Below, piece after piece: positions 7,764-17,514 of a stretch of DNA of 30,288 bases. This DNA is from Nitrosopumilaceae archaeon (GTDB lineage Archaea; Thermoproteota; Nitrososphaeria; Nitrososphaerales; Nitrosopumilaceae): the NCBI GenBank assembly GCA_035527875.1, contig DATKZR010000075.1, positions 1-30,288 on the forward strand, in the 5' to 3' direction. How positions within the stretch are numbered: position 1 is the first letter of the stretch; every line of letters begins with the position of its first letter. Made by a program: the position numbers and the translations under genes. Under the pieces are notes generated by a model. The model was not told the origin of the DNA. It did not search any database and was given only the letters and a program-made list of their open reading frames with translations.

Positions 7764-9206
7764 TTGGGCAAAGAAAGTATTGGAATAACAGCATCAAAAA
7801 AAAATGATTTTAGTGAATGGTATACACAAGTAGTACTAAAAGCCGAATTAGCAGATTATGCTCCAGTTAAGGGCTTGATTGTTTTAAGACCAGATGGATA
7901 TTCAATATGGGAATCACTAAGGAGTACATTTGATAAAAAATTTGCTAAAAATGGAATAAGAAACGGTTTTCTTCCCGTCTTAATTCCTGAATCATTATTA
8001 GGAAAAGAAAAAAAACATTTTGAAGGTTTTAACCCAGAAGTATTTTGGGTAACTCATTCAGGTGAAAACGAAGTAGGAGACAGACTTGCTCTTAGACCAA
8101 CTTCAGAGACATTAGCATATACACTTTATTCAAAATGGATAAAAAGTTGGAGAGACTTACCACTAAAAATTAATTTTTGGAATACTGCCCTTCGAGCTGA
8201 AATTAAAGCCACCAAACCTTTTCTTAGAACTTCAGAATTCTTATGGCAAGAGGGACATACAGTCCATTCTACTGAAGATGAAGCCCATAAAGAAGTTTTC
8301 AAGATTTTAGAAATTTACAAGAATACGGTGGAAGAAGAGTTAGCAATTCCCGTAGTCATTGGAAAGAAAAGTGAAAAAGAAAAATTTGTTGGGGCAGTTT
8401 ATACTACCACAATGGAATCAATTATGCCAGATGGAAAAGCACTTCAGATGGGCACTTCACATTTTCTTGGCCAAAATTTTTCAAAGCCCTTTGAAGTAAA
8501 GTTTGCCGATAAAGATAATGTAGAACATTTTGCCTGGCAAACCTCATGGGGAGTCTCATGGAGATTAATTGGTGCGATGATCATGGTTCATGGTGATGAC
8601 AAAGGGCTTGTTTTACCTCCCAAAGTTGCACCTACACAAGTAGTAATTATTCCCATCTATAAATCGGAGGAAGGTAAAAAACAAGTATTGAAAAAAGCAG
8701 ACGATATTAAAAATCAATTAGAATCAAAATTAATTCGAGTACATGTTGATGATAGAAACGAGATATCACCTGGATACAAATTTAACGACTGGGAAATGAA
8801 AGGAGTTCCCTTGAGAATAGAGATCGGTCCCAAAGATATTCTAAAACAAAAAGTGGTGTTAGCTAAAAGATACAATAAAGAAAAAATAGATTTGAGTTTT
8901 GACGAGATTGAAAAAATTGGTTTGATTTTAAATGAAATTCAAACCAAAATGTTAGAGACTGCACGAGAGGAAGCAAAGATAAACACGTTAAATATTTCAG
9001 ATTATTCTGAATTCAAAGAAAAAATTGGAAAAGGAGGTTTTTTCAATGCTTTTTGGTGTGGAAAACAAGAATGTGAAGAAAAAATTAAGGAAGAAACCGG
9101 TGCAGATATTCGTGTAATCCCTTTTGATAAAGAAAACAAAGAGGGCACATGTGTTTTTTGCAAGGAAAAGGCCACCATAGTTCCTATATTTGCGAGGGGA
9201 TACTAG
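7764..9206 (+). CDS. proS: Prolyl-tRNA synthetase, archaeal/eukaryal type
   Basis: Class II core (LRPTSET, FLRTSEFLWQEGHT, GTSHFLGQNFS), an anticodon-binding domain, and the Cys-rich C-terminal domain ending ...FARGY. TTG start. Confidence 0.95.
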   Translation: MGKESIGITASKKNDFSEWYTQVVLKAELADYAPVKGLIVLRPDGYSIWESLRSTFDKKFAKNGIRNGFLPVLIPESLLGKEKKHFEGFNPEVFWVTHSGENEVGDRLALRPTSETLAYTLYSKWIKSWRDLPLKINFWNTALRAEIKATKPFLRTSEFLWQEGHTVHSTEDEAHKEVFKILEIYKNTVEEELAIPVVIGKKSEKEKFVGAVYTTTMESIMPDGKALQMGTSHFLGQNFSKPFEVKFADKDNVEHFAWQTSWGVSWRLIGAMIMVHGDDKGLVLPPKVAPTQVVIIPIYKSEEGKKQVLKKADDIKNQLESKLIRVHVDDRNEISPGYKFNDWEMKGVPLRIEIGPKDILKQKVVLAKRYNKEKIDLSFDEIEKIGLILNEIQTKMLETAREEAKINTLNISDYSEFKEKIGKGGFFNAFWCGKQECEEKIKEETGADIRVIPFDKENKEGTCVFCKEKATIVPIFARGY

Positions 9207-9260
9207 AACTAAAAAATCAAAAATATAGTATAAGTAATTCAAAGCAATGAGGAATTCATC

Positions 9261-10337
9261 ATGACAGATCTTTATAGATTACTCCCAGAAGAAATGGAGG
9301 ATTTAATGATAGAACTTGGGCAACCTCGTTACAGAGCGGATCAAATCCTATACTCTTTGTATTATAAATTCCCAGAGAGTATTTCTGAAATAAAACAACT
9401 TCCTGCAACATTTCGAGATATGCTTACAGACAAAGGATTTACCATTGGATCAACAAAGGAAACCCATAGAATAGTAAGTGAAGATGGAGAGACTACAAAA
9501 TTGCTACTTACTATTCAAGATGAATCCCCCGTAGAATCCGTTCTTATGCAATATCCACCAAAAAAGCTATTTGGGCACCCAAGATCTACTATTTGTGTTT
9601 CAACGCAAGTAGGATGCGCCATGGGATGTGTGTTTTGTGCAACAGGACAAATGGGTTTTAATCGTAACATGAAAGCTGAAGAAATTGTTGGTCAAGTTAT
9701 TCATTTTGCAAAAATTCTTTCAGATAAAGGACAGCACATCACCAATATTGTTTTTATGGGGATGGGTGAACCATTGGCAAATTATTCCGAAACAGTTCGA
9801 GCCGTTCAATTATTGACTCACCCACGTGGTTTTGGAATTGGTCAGAGGAGTATAACCATTTCAACAATAGGAATTATTTCAAGCATTGATCAATTAGCAG
9901 AAGAAAATCTGCAGATTGGACTTGCAATTTCTCTTCATTCCCCAAATGATAAATTAAGGCAAATGTTGGTTCCAACTGCCAGTGAGCATTCTGTCAAGGA
10001 TTTAGTTGATGCGGGAAAAAGATATTTTTTGAAGACTGGTAGACGTGTAACCTTTGAGTATGCTTTGATTGAAGGAGTTAATGATTCAATAGAGATCGCA
10101 GAAGAACTTGCCTTACTTTTGAAAAATAATGGCTCCCATGTCAATCTCATCCCCATAAATCCAACTGCGGGAGACTTTGAACGCCCCTCCAGAAAAAGGG
10201 TAATGGAATTTGAAAGAATTCTTTACAATAGTGGTATTAATTGTACAGTTAGGGTAGAAAAAGGGACTGAGATATCAGCTGCCTGTGGGCAATTACGAAC
10301 TGATGTTTTGGACAAATATAATTATAAAAGAAAATAA
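9261..10337 (+). CDS. rlmN: Radical SAM RNA methyltransferase, RlmN/Cfr family
   Basis: N-terminal YRADQIL, radical SAM cluster CAMGCVFCATG, GMGEPLANY, and the C-terminal SAACGQL catalytic Cys context. Confidence 0.85.
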   Translation: MTDLYRLLPEEMEDLMIELGQPRYRADQILYSLYYKFPESISEIKQLPATFRDMLTDKGFTIGSTKETHRIVSEDGETTKLLLTIQDESPVESVLMQYPPKKLFGHPRSTICVSTQVGCAMGCVFCATGQMGFNRNMKAEEIVGQVIHFAKILSDKGQHITNIVFMGMGEPLANYSETVRAVQLLTHPRGFGIGQRSITISTIGIISSIDQLAEENLQIGLAISLHSPNDKLRQMLVPTASEHSVKDLVDAGKRYFLKTGRRVTFEYALIEGVNDSIEIAEELALLLKNNGSHVNLIPINPTAGDFERPSRKRVMEFERILYNSGINCTVRVEKGTEISAACGQLRTDVLDKYNYKRK

Positions 10338-10348
10338 ATTCAAAAATA

Positions 10349-11659
10349 ATGACTTCAATTTCTGATCAGGATCAAAGAAAACCATTGTTAGAACAATTCT
10401 ATGAAACAAGAAATCAAACCCTGGAATTAGTAAAAACCTTGGAAAAGGATGACTTCGTAGTTCAAACAGCATTTTACACTAGTCCCCCCAAGTGGCACAT
10501 TGGTCATGTAAGCTGGATATATGAGGCAATTTTGAGTAAATTGGATAAAAATTATGAGTTTTACTCTAAAGAATTTTCAGAATATCTTAATTCGTATTAT
10601 CAACAATTTGGAGTTCCACATGATAAGGGGATCAGGGGAAATGTTTCAAGACCTACTGTTAACCAAATTTTTCAATACTTTAACAATGTCAATCATAGAG
10701 TAGAGAATTACATTAAATCAAAAGATCTAAGCGATGAAGATATCAGATTAATAACTATGGGTTTCCACCATGAACATCAACACCAAGAATTGTTGATTTA
10801 TGATTTTCAACATTTACTAGCAGAACAATATAGACCAGTTAAAAAAAGTGAAAAGCCTACGTCTGTGAAAGTTGAACCCAAGGTTGTAGATATCCCAGGT
10901 GGTCTGTATACTATGGGTTACAATGGACCAAATTATTGTTACGATATCGAATTACCTGAACACAAAGCATATCTCAAAGATTACAAAATCGATGCTTTCC
11001 CGATTACTAACCAACAATATCTAGAATTTATTGATGATGGAGGATATGAAACTTTCAAGTATTGGCTTTCTGATGGATGGGAAAAAGTGAAAAAAAATAA
11101 TTGGATTGCCCCAATGTATTGGGAAAAAAAGGAAGAAGATTGGTCGGTACGTGATTTCATAGGAATGCGAAGATTAAACCCAAATGAACCGGTTTGCCAT
11201 GTTAGTTTCTACGAGGCTGATGCATATTGCAAATGGGCAGGAAAAAGGTTACCAAATGAGGCAGAGTGGGAAAAAGCTGCCTGTTGGAATGAAAAAAAAC
11301 AACAAAAAACAATTTTCCCGTGGGGAAATGATCAACCCACTGAACAAAAGGCTAATTTGTTAGAATCTCATTTATGGGGATGTACAGATGTTGGCGCCTT
11401 TCCAGAGGGAGTAAGCTACTATGGATGTCACCAGATGATTGGAGATGTATGGGAATGGACATCATCCGAATTTAGTGGATATCCAGGATTCAAATCGGGT
11501 TTTGATGAATATAATGACAAATGGTTTGCCAATCAAAAGGTATTACGCGGAGGATCATTTGGCACACCCAAAATGTCCATCAGAGGAAGTTATAGAAACT
11601 TTTTCAGATTAGATGAAAGATGGATGTTTTCAGGTTTTCGGTGTGTGGAAAACTCATAG
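10349..11659 (+). CDS. egtB: Ergothioneine biosynthesis sulfoxide synthase EgtB-like (DinB-like plus FGE-sulfatase domains)
   Basis: N-terminal DinB-like His motifs (WHIGHVSW, GFHHEHQHQELL), then an FGE/SUMF1-type domain (NQQYLEFI, WEWTSS, RGGSF...RNFF). At 436 aa it lacks the C-terminal methyltransferase of OvoA. Confidence 0.8.
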   Translation: MTSISDQDQRKPLLEQFYETRNQTLELVKTLEKDDFVVQTAFYTSPPKWHIGHVSWIYEAILSKLDKNYEFYSKEFSEYLNSYYQQFGVPHDKGIRGNVSRPTVNQIFQYFNNVNHRVENYIKSKDLSDEDIRLITMGFHHEHQHQELLIYDFQHLLAEQYRPVKKSEKPTSVKVEPKVVDIPGGLYTMGYNGPNYCYDIELPEHKAYLKDYKIDAFPITNQQYLEFIDDGGYETFKYWLSDGWEKVKKNNWIAPMYWEKKEEDWSVRDFIGMRRLNPNEPVCHVSFYEADAYCKWAGKRLPNEAEWEKAACWNEKKQQKTIFPWGNDQPTEQKANLLESHLWGCTDVGAFPEGVSYYGCHQMIGDVWEWTSSEFSGYPGFKSGFDEYNDKWFANQKVLRGGSFGTPKMSIRGSYRNFFRLDERWMFSGFRCVENS

Positions 11660-11661
11660 AA

Positions 11662-12684
11662 TTATTTTTTCGATAATAAGATCAACGCGTAATGTTCTTT
11701 TGCATCTAACCAATTTTGCATAATTTTAAAACCGGTTTTATCCATTAATTCTTTAATTTGAGATATTTTGTACTTGTGCGAATGCTCAGTATGAATTAGC
11801 TCTCCTTGTTTTAATGTTAAAGAAAGATTTGCTTTAGAAATAATTACAGATTGGTTAACAAGGGATTTCAAATACATTTCCACTCTTTGATCTTGTTCAT
11901 TATATTTGGCAAAATGTTCAAAATTATTCAAAACAAAGTCTGCATCTAATTCGTCGTTAATTCTCGATAATACATTGAGATTAAATTTTGACGTGATTCC
12001 CTTAGTATCATTATATGCATTTTCTAAAATTTGGATACCTTTAACCAAATCCAAACCAATTAAAAAAAGGTCTTCCTTTTTCATGGTCGAGTTTATTTTT
12101 TGTAAAAAAGTTTTTCCTTCATTAGGGATAAAATTTCCAAAGCTAGAACCCAAAAATATAATTAAATTTTTTTTGTCATCATATTTTTCAATAAATTCAA
12201 GACCACCTTCATACGTATCAATAATTCCAGTAATGTGAAGATCAGCGTAATCCTTTTGAAGAAGTTCTGAGCTTTCGGTTAAAATTTCAGATATATCAAT
12301 AGGAAAGTATTCGATTTTATTTTGATTTTCAGCAAAAATATCTAAAATTAGTCGTGTTTTAATCGAGGAACCGCTTCCAAGTTCAACCAATCTAAAAGAG
12401 GCATCAAGATATTTTGATAAATCTGATTTTAGATTTTTTAAAATTTCAATTTCGGTGCGAGTTGGATAATATTCTGGAAGCCCACAAATCTGTTCAAATA
12501 GATCTGACCCCTTTTTATCATAAAAAAATTTTGGATTGATATATTTGGAATCTCGATTCAAACCAGAGGTGATTTCATCTGCAAAAGTTTGTTCGATTTT
12601 TGTAGAATGTGGTTTAAAATATTGAAGGTTATTATCAATTACATATTTTTTATAGGTAAGACTCGTTTGCATTGTTTTGTTCAA
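11662..12684 (-). CDS. egtD: L-histidine N-alpha-methyltransferase EgtD-like
   Basis: YYPTRTEIEIL, SAM-binding LVELGSGSSIKTRLIL, YFPIDIS and FLGSSFGNF. TTG start at 12684, with an alternative ATG at 12672. Confidence 0.8.
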   Translation of the reverse strand: MNKTMQTSLTYKKYVIDNNLQYFKPHSTKIEQTFADEITSGLNRDSKYINPKFFYDKKGSDLFEQICGLPEYYPTRTEIEILKNLKSDLSKYLDASFRLVELGSGSSIKTRLILDIFAENQNKIEYFPIDISEILTESSELLQKDYADLHITGIIDTYEGGLEFIEKYDDKKNLIIFLGSSFGNFIPNEGKTFLQKINSTMKKEDLFLIGLDLVKGIQILENAYNDTKGITSKFNLNVLSRINDELDADFVLNNFEHFAKYNEQDQRVEMYLKSLVNQSVIISKANLSLTLKQGELIHTEHSHKYKISQIKELMDKTGFKIMQNWLDAKEHYALILLSKK

Positions 12685-12780
12685 TTATAGGATCAGTCTT
12701 ATTTTGACATAAATGTTTTATCCCAAATTTATAGGCATAAAGACAATTTCTTGATATACTTCTAGTTTTTAGAATACTTA

Positions 12781-13746
12781 TTGAGTGAGATTTTAAGGGT
12801 GAAGCATTTAAAAAAATATTTTGTTAAAAAAAATATTTTCAGTTCTAAAACTTCGATAATAAAGGCAACTGATGATGTATCCTTTTTTTTAAATAAAGGA
12901 GAAGTTTTTGTTCTTGCAGGTGAATCAGGATCTGGTAAATCCACGATTGCAAAACTAATTCTTAAATCCATTAAGGCTGATTCAGGAAAAATTATTTTTG
13001 ATGGCCATGAAATTGAAAACGATAGTAAGAGTTTAGAAAGAATTCGTATGAACTGTCAAATGATTCATCAAGATCCTTACGATTCGATAAATCCACGTAT
13101 GAAGATACTAGATATAGTATCAGAGCCTCTCGAAATTCATAAAATTGGGGATTCTAATTTAAGAAAAAAAAGAGTTCTAGAGGTTTTAAAAGAGGTGAAG
13201 CTTGAACCTCCAGAAGAGATCATTAAAAAATACCCACATATGCTTTCGGGTGGACAAAGACAAAGAGTGGTTTTAGCAAGAGCATTGGCAATAAAACCGA
13301 AAGTAATTTTGGCCGATGAGCCTGTATCCATGCTTGATGTATCAATAAGAGCAGAAATGTTAGAATTAATGCAAGATTTACAAAAAAAATATGAAATTTC
13401 ATTTATTTACATTACCCATGATTTAGCTACTGCAAAGTATTTTGGACAGCGAATTGGAATATTGTACCTAGGGAAAATTGTAGAAATGGGAAATATAGAT
13501 GATGTATTGATTAACCCTAAACACCCATACACCCAAGCTTTAATCGATGCAGTTTCAGAACCTGATCCAGAAAATTTAACCAAGGAAAAGAAAATCAGAA
13601 TAAATGAATCAAATGGAGTTAATGTCTATGAGGGATGTAGATTCAGGTCTCGCTGTCCTTATGTAATTGATCAATGTGATTGTGAACCCGAATTAAAAAC
13701 AACTAAGGGAGGACATTCCTTGGCATGTTATGTAAAATTAGATTAA
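12781..13746 (+). CDS. ABC transporter ATP-binding protein, oligopeptide/dipeptide (OppF/DppF) type
   Basis: Walker A GESGSGKST, signature LSGGQRQR, Walker B ILADEP, the Opp-type C-terminal domain HPYTQALIDAV, and a terminal Cys cluster. No permease or binding-protein gene is adjacent. Confidence 0.85.
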   Translation: MSEILRVKHLKKYFVKKNIFSSKTSIIKATDDVSFFLNKGEVFVLAGESGSGKSTIAKLILKSIKADSGKIIFDGHEIENDSKSLERIRMNCQMIHQDPYDSINPRMKILDIVSEPLEIHKIGDSNLRKKRVLEVLKEVKLEPPEEIIKKYPHMLSGGQRQRVVLARALAIKPKVILADEPVSMLDVSIRAEMLELMQDLQKKYEISFIYITHDLATAKYFGQRIGILYLGKIVEMGNIDDVLINPKHPYTQALIDAVSEPDPENLTKEKKIRINESNGVNVYEGCRFRSRCPYVIDQCDCEPELKTTKGGHSLACYVKLD

Positions 13747-16700
13747 GATGTCTTTACTGCTGGCATCCTCTTATCTTTGTAAGTGACCACATATGAGACT
13801 CCATTTTTTGGATATACACCATAGATGAGCTTTGCTTTATTTACTACAGAGTCTTTTAAGGAAACCATTATGAACTGACTCTCTTTTGATCTTTCTTCTA
13901 AAATATTTGCTAATTTTTCAGCATTTGGGGCATCAAGATGAGCGTCAACTTCATCAAACAAGTAAAATGGAGAAGGCCTTAATTTTTGTAACGCAAGTAC
14001 AAATACGATTGCAGCTAAAGTTTTTTCTCCCCCGCTAATTGATGTTGATTCTCGTTTTGGTTTACTAAGAAATTGGATTAAATATGAAATTCCAGAATTG
14101 AAAATATCATCTTCGTTCTGTAATTCAAGCCATGCGTTTCCACCGGTCATCTTGTTGAATATTAATCGAATTTCTTTATCCACCACATCAAATGCATTTA
14201 AGAAAGTCTGGCGTTTGTCTTTTTCAATTCCTTCAATGAATTTTACTATAGAATTCCTTTCTGCTTCCAAGGAATTTTTCCGTGTTGACATTGAACGATA
14301 ACCATAAGACACATCAAGATAGGTTTCTGGAGCTTTGGCATTTAAAGCATTTAGGGAGTTTAATTCAACGGTTAAGCCTTGAACTATAGTTTCAACATCA
14401 AAGGATTCCATGTTTGCATCAAAACCAAACGCTTCCAACAATTTTTGAAGTTTAGTTTCAGTTTCAGCCAGGTCATGTAAATCACGGTTTAACGAATCTG
14501 ATTTCCTTTCTAACAAGCCGACTTCTTTATTGAGCGTTTGATTTTTGTCTGACAGAACTTTTAATTTATCATCATATTCTTTAATTTGTCCTATAGATGT
14601 ACCAGAATTAGAAATAAGACCCTGCTCTTTTTCTCTTAAATTTTCAAGGACTTCTTTTTTTGAATTTCTTTCTTGTTCTAGTAACTTAATTTTATTTTCT
14701 AATTCTTGACGTTGAAATTTCAATGATGATTCTTCTTCGTGAAGATTCTTAGATTGAGAAATTGTTCGGTTGGCCTCGGATTCTACCTCTGCCAATTGTG
14801 AAGATCTATCCCTATATTCGTTCATGATTAAAGTGTGTGTTTTTTCTACCTCAGATTTTTTGGAATTTATTTTGGCCAACTCGCTTGAAATGCGAGTTTG
14901 TTCACCACCGGCATAATTTTCTTCAACGAGTGAAATTCTATTGTTTAATGATTCTACATGGGAATCAATTGTAGATAATTCTCCAGACAATATTTTGTTT
15001 TTTGATTTGAGTTCCGATATCCTATCTATCATTTGTGATTTCGTTTGATTGGCTGATAACAATCTTGCCTTAAGGTTAGAATAATTCTCATCAGCGGATG
15101 TAAGATTCTTTTCAGAAATCAGTAACCTATCCAAGTGATTTTGTTTAGAGATTTCAATATTGTAAAGATTGTTTTGTTTCTTTAAAACATATTTTTTTAG
15201 CAAGCTTATGGATTCCAATAGTCCACCAATCGAAGAGCTAAGAGAAATTATTTTAGTAAGTTTTGAGATTTTGGAATTAATATCAATTACGACTCCACCT
15301 CCTTTAGCTTCAAAGAATTCACCATCCAACGTGACTGCTTTATAACCAGATTTTGATATTGCGTGGGCAGATGCTCTAGAATCGGTAAGAACTACATTTC
15401 CAAAAAGAAATGATTTGAGGCGAGAATGCTCAGGTTTACACTTTACATAATCAGAAAGGATTCCAATAATACCAGGGTGTTTTGGCAAATCCAATTTAAA
15501 ATCTGGAATCGCATCTAAAGGAATAATTTTTAGTTTTGGAAGATTTTGGGAGCGAGCAGATTCAGCTATTCCCAGTAAAGTTGCAAAATCTTTTACTACA
15601 ATTGCTTTAATCCAATCAGAGCTAACGGCTAAAACTGAGCGTTCAAATTGTTTTTCCCAAGAAATCATTTCATAAACTAACCCATCGATACCAAGCTTTT
15701 CTGAATCTTCTTTCAGCTTTGCAACAGTATAGTCTTCATGCATTATTCCTTTTACCGTTTTAATTTTTGTTTGGTATTGCGCAGCAGCTTTACTTGATTT
15801 TTCAAGAATTAGTTTGAGATCCTCAGAGTCTTGGAGTATTTGAGATTTTTTTAAATTTAGTGTTGAAATTCTATTATTCAGCTCTATTATGGTTGCATTG
15901 TGATTATTTATTTTGAATGCCAATCTAGTTTCCAAGTTTGAGAGAGTGTTGATGTCTTTTTCCATTTCAAATAATTTGTTAGAATTTGAATTAATTTTTT
16001 CTTCAGAGTCCTCTTTTTCATTATTAATTTTTGATAATTTTAATTTTGCAGAATTTAGTTGTGCGGTTAAATTTTTTATTTTATTATCTATTTCTAATTT
16101 TTTAGATGAAACTCTAGATTGATCTTCTAAAACGTTATGACGAATGGAATCAATTTCATTCATATCTACATTAATTTTTTTAATTTTTATGTCAGTATCA
16201 TTTATTGTGTTTTTAATTTGAGATATTTTTGATTCTATGTCATGTCTAGAAACTGAAACACTTTCTAGCTCGTTTTTGATTTCTGGGAATCTAGAATCAA
16301 TTTGCTCAAGTCTTTTTGTAGAGGCAATAATTCCACTATTGTATACTTCAAATTGTTGCATTGCTTGACTAAGGTCAGAATCAATTGTTGCCTTGGCTTG
16401 GTTATAGATATCTGCTTCTTGCATTAATTTGGCCTTTTGAGCATCTAAATCATCAATTTCCTTTCTGATTTGTAATCTTTCGGTATCAAAAATTTGAATT
16501 CTAGAGATTATCTCATTTAATGATGCCTCTTTTGACGTTTTTTCATTTAATACAACTTTCATTTTATTTGCCGCATCAATTGCCTTATAGCGATTAAGTT
16601 CTCTTTGTAACAAATCACTTCGCAATTTTTGGTTTCGTTCTTCTTCTAATTCATCTATTCTCTTTTTAATTTCACCCATCTTTGCAAGGGCTATCTCTAG

Positions 16701-17267
16701 TCTTCTGTCTGCATCTTCGAGTTGTTTTAGTGATTCTAATTTTTTTTCATCAAAATAGGATAGACCAACCAAATCTTCAATTGTTTTTCTTTTTTCCTCT
16801 GATGAAAACTCAGAGATCCTGGTGACAGTTCCCTGTTGGACCACATTCAGCTGACCTAAGCCAGCATTAGCTACTTCCAATAGATCCAGAATATGGCTAC
16901 GGTTTGTTTTCTTTTTGTTAAGATAGTAAGTGTTCTCACCCTTATCATCCATCTCCCTTGTTATTTCTACGGCATCAGAATCCATAGGTATTTTTCTATC
17001 AGAATTGTCAAAGTGAACACTTGTCCTTGCCATTTTAGGTCCATGTCTATTGCCCTCTATATCATGAATTAGAGATCGAATCTTATCTACACGCAGTATC
17101 CTTGGTTTGTTCTCACCCATTGCAAAAATTATGGCATCAAGAATGTTACTTTTTCCTGAGCCATTTGGTCCGGATATTGAAATCAGTCCAGGTTCAAATT
17201 GTACCGTGGTGTTCTTAAATCCAAATGATTTGAACCCAAAGATTTCCACTTTTTTAACGTGTACCAA
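13743..17267 (-). CDS. smc: Chromosome segregation protein SMC
   Basis: 1174 aa. N-terminal FGFKSF...GPNGSGKSN, long coiled coils flanking a central hinge, and C-terminal SGGEKTLAAIVFVLAL and LFDEVDAHLD. Confidence 0.95.
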   Translation of the reverse strand: MVHVKKVEIFGFKSFGFKNTTVQFEPGLISISGPNGSGKSNILDAIIFAMGENKPRILRVDKIRSLIHDIEGNRHGPKMARTSVHFDNSDRKIPMDSDAVEITREMDDKGENTYYLNKKKTNRSHILDLLEVANAGLGQLNVVQQGTVTRISEFSSEEKRKTIEDLVGLSYFDEKKLESLKQLEDADRRLEIALAKMGEIKKRIDELEEERNQKLRSDLLQRELNRYKAIDAANKMKVVLNEKTSKEASLNEIISRIQIFDTERLQIRKEIDDLDAQKAKLMQEADIYNQAKATIDSDLSQAMQQFEVYNSGIIASTKRLEQIDSRFPEIKNELESVSVSRHDIESKISQIKNTINDTDIKIKKINVDMNEIDSIRHNVLEDQSRVSSKKLEIDNKIKNLTAQLNSAKLKLSKINNEKEDSEEKINSNSNKLFEMEKDINTLSNLETRLAFKINNHNATIIELNNRISTLNLKKSQILQDSEDLKLILEKSSKAAAQYQTKIKTVKGIMHEDYTVAKLKEDSEKLGIDGLVYEMISWEKQFERSVLAVSSDWIKAIVVKDFATLLGIAESARSQNLPKLKIIPLDAIPDFKLDLPKHPGIIGILSDYVKCKPEHSRLKSFLFGNVVLTDSRASAHAISKSGYKAVTLDGEFFEAKGGGVVIDINSKISKLTKIISLSSSIGGLLESISLLKKYVLKKQNNLYNIEISKQNHLDRLLISEKNLTSADENYSNLKARLLSANQTKSQMIDRISELKSKNKILSGELSTIDSHVESLNNRISLVEENYAGGEQTRISSELAKINSKKSEVEKTHTLIMNEYRDRSSQLAEVESEANRTISQSKNLHEEESSLKFQRQELENKIKLLEQERNSKKEVLENLREKEQGLISNSGTSIGQIKEYDDKLKVLSDKNQTLNKEVGLLERKSDSLNRDLHDLAETETKLQKLLEAFGFDANMESFDVETIVQGLTVELNSLNALNAKAPETYLDVSYGYRSMSTRKNSLEAERNSIVKFIEGIEKDKRQTFLNAFDVVDKEIRLIFNKMTGGNAWLELQNEDDIFNSGISYLIQFLSKPKRESTSISGGEKTLAAIVFVLALQKLRPSPFYLFDEVDAHLDAPNAEKLANILEERSKESQFIMVSLKDSVVNKAKLIYGVYPKNGVSYVVTYKDKRMPAVKTS

Positions 17268-17514
17268 TTAGTTTACTTTTCCAATTTGACAGGATAATCG
17301 ATGTTCAACAAGTTTAATTGACATAATTGAGTAATTTTTCTTGTTTTACTATCAATTTTTTCGTAATGGTAAATTAAATTCAAGTTATTCCATTAATGGT
17401 ATTAATCATCAATAAAAAATCGGCTTGTCCTCGGGTTCGAAAAAATTCAAAAAATACTTTATTTCAAGAGTTTTTGTGCCTATTTTTAAAAATTGAAAAA
17501 TCAAACAAAAAGAA

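Noticed and set aside
13743-17267. The SMC-family ATPase considered as part of a defence system (Wadjet- or Lamassu-like)
   Set aside because: It has canonical full-length SMC architecture with a hinge and sits in a housekeeping neighbourhood. No nuclease or kleisin-like accessory genes are adjacent.
17421-17445. GGGTTCGAA, a tRNA T-loop-like string in the smc upstream intergenic region
   Set aside because: There is no complementary T-stem 3' half, and no acceptor stem or anticodon arm can be drawn. It is followed by an A-run.
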